64,000 nucleotides of DNA from a virus, in the IMG/VR virus record IMGVR_UViG_3300003322_001323, positions 10,534 to 74,533 of that record. One strand, given 5' to 3'. Within the stretch, counting starts at the first letter, position 1; the number at the start of each line of letters is the position of its first letter. Below the pieces are notes generated by a model. The model did not search any database. It was not told the DNA's origin and saw only the letters and a program-made list of their open reading frames with translations. This document shows positions 62,822 to 64,000 of the stretch, piece by piece. The translations under genes and the position numbers were made by a program.

Positions 62822-63708
62822 AGAAACTTCTCGTTCTTCTGGCATTCCTATTCTGGCCGGCTGCCGCTTTGGCGGCGCCGGCAGTGGACGGCTTTAGCGC
62901 AGTACAAAGCCATTCCGGCAATTCCGCCCTGGCGCTTACCCTCACCACGACGAACACAAATGATATAATCGTGGTGCCAGTTCTGTTGAATGGCGGCCAT
63001 GTTACCTCCATCACCAGCACTACCGGACTTACTTTTACGCTCCGGAAAACTTCAAATACCTCTCCGAATAGCGGTACCTTTACAATTGAAGAATGGACCG
63101 CACCGGCCGCAGCCGCGCTTACCAGTGAAACAATCACCGTAAATGTTTCCTCCGATACCGGCTTTGTTCGCGGCGGAGCCTTTGGCGTTTCCGGAGCTAC
63201 CTTCGCCTCACCTATTGATCCAGGTACCAGCTCAGGTCCAACGACCCCGGGCACGACCGCAATTACCTTGGGCAAGACCTATCTTCCCAATGATCTAATC
63301 ATTGGATTTTATCGGTTTGCGAGCACCAGCACGCCAACCGCTGGCAGCGGATGGACATCTATCTTTCCAACGACCAGCACCTTCATGCTGATCGAAACCC
63401 AAGCCTTCTCCTCAACGCAATCGAGTCTATCTGTCGCTATTGGTACTGGAGCATCGGACGTCAGTGGAGGATTGGTGGACGCTTTCACCTCTGATACTGA
63501 CACGTCGGAGCGATCCAGCAAGATCAACAGCTATCCGATTTTGAACGCCGGAACGGTTAGCGCCATGAGTGCCAGCAAGATTGATGCCTATCCAATCCTC
63601 AACGCCGGTACGGCATCTGCGATAAGCGTCAGCAAAATAAATACCTACGCGATCTTAAAGGCCGTTCCAAACCACACCACCCCGCTATTCCACAGCTTCC
63701 CTCCGTGA
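62818..63708 (+). CDS. Thr/Ser-rich beta protein with signal peptide and three C-terminal repeats
   Basis: MKKLLVLLAFLFWPAAALA; SKIN/DxYxIL repeats. Confidence 0.75.
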   Translation: MKKLLVLLAFLFWPAAALAAPAVDGFSAVQSHSGNSALALTLTTTNTNDIIVVPVLLNGGHVTSITSTTGLTFTLRKTSNTSPNSGTFTIEEWTAPAAAALTSETITVNVSSDTGFVRGGAFGVSGATFASPIDPGTSSGPTTPGTTAITLGKTYLPNDLIIGFYRFASTSTPTAGSGWTSIFPTTSTFMLIETQAFSSTQSSLSVAIGTGASDVSGGLVDAFTSDTDTSERSSKINSYPILNAGTVSAMSASKIDAYPILNAGTASAISVSKINTYAILKAVPNHTTPLFHSFPP

Positions 63709-63722
63709 GAAAGGTTTAAATC

Positions 63723-64000
63723 ATGGAAAATAACAAGTTCTTGACCCGTCTCGCCATCATTACCGCTGCCCTGCTGGCCTCGGCCGCGCCGGCCTGCTCG
63801 CAGTCCAATCCTAACCTGGTGTTCGGTCAGGTCCCCACGGCCGCGCAGTGGAACTCCTATTTCGCGGCCAAGCAGGACTATCCGGTTCCGGTATTCAGCG
63901 CCACGGTGAACGGCTCCGTGCCGGCGCCGGGTACCGCGGTCGGCAACTGCTTGAAGGACGACGCAACCTGGGGTTCCTGCGGCGGTGGCGGTGGCGGCTC
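63723..64000 (+). CDS. Fibre-like protein with signal peptide, paralog of 60493 gene (truncated by window)
   Basis: MENNKFLTRLAIITAALLASAAPACSQ...GQVPTAAQWNSYFAAKQDYPVP. Confidence 0.8.
   Translation, partial: MENNKFLTRLAIITAALLASAAPACSQSNPNLVFGQVPTAAQWNSYFAAKQDYPVPVFSATVNGSVPAPGTAVGNCLKDDATWGSCGGGGGG
63845..63886 (+). repeat. 42-bp perfect repeat, copy 2
   Basis: Identical to 60603-60644. Confidence 0.95.

Larger units (their letters stand above)
1..64000. mobile_element. Tailed bacteriophage (myovirus with DUF1073/DUF2213/DUF2184/DUF3383-type virion module), partial genome
   Basis: Continuous, densely coupled phage genes: replication arm on minus strand, terminase-head-tail-baseplate arm on plus strand; no host housekeeping context. 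Confidence 0.97.

Noticed and set aside
60603-63886. Diversity-generating retroelement TR/VR or shufflon
   Set aside because: Repeats are identical, direct and N-terminal with no adenine-specific mismatches; no reverse transcriptase or invertase seen

Overview
The whole window is part of a GC-rich tailed-phage (myovirus) genome in two divergent arms. Left arm (1-32600, minus strand): replication and nucleotide genes, including two SF1 helicases, an SNF2-like helicase, an AEP primase, an SSB-like protein, a family A polymerase, nucleases and two receiver-less OmpR/CtrA-like regulators. It also carries a pyrimidine-metabolism/DNA-modification island: ThyX, N6-MTase, dCMP deaminase, a ThyA-fold enzyme with the dCMP-type Asp, a kinase-UDG fusion, MazG-like pyrophosphatase, phosphoesterase and a C5-MTase with Arg in motif X. 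Right arm (32884-64000, plus strand): a NusG paralog, terminase, DUF1073 portal, MuF, Nudix and ADP-ribosyltransferase genes, DUF2213 protease, DUF2184 capsid, a contractile tail with a -1 frameshifted chaperone, baseplate, fibre, and a run of signal-peptide-bearing, mostly Cys-paired fibre-like proteins cut by the window edge. No integrase, lysis cassette, canonical tRNA or CRISPR array was seen. The host is possibly an alphaproteobacterium (inferred from the CtrA-like domain). Main candidate novelties: (1) an A-x-D cleavage plus HxR..GQF tag code for head-packaged cargo (ART, Nudix); (2) Sec-exported, disulfide-type virion appendage proteins; (3) a putative carboxymethyl-cytosine transferase with a dCMP-modifying pathway; (4) a duplicated structured RNA; (5) a GTAAAC-box regulon. 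All family calls come from motif recognition by eye, not database searches.
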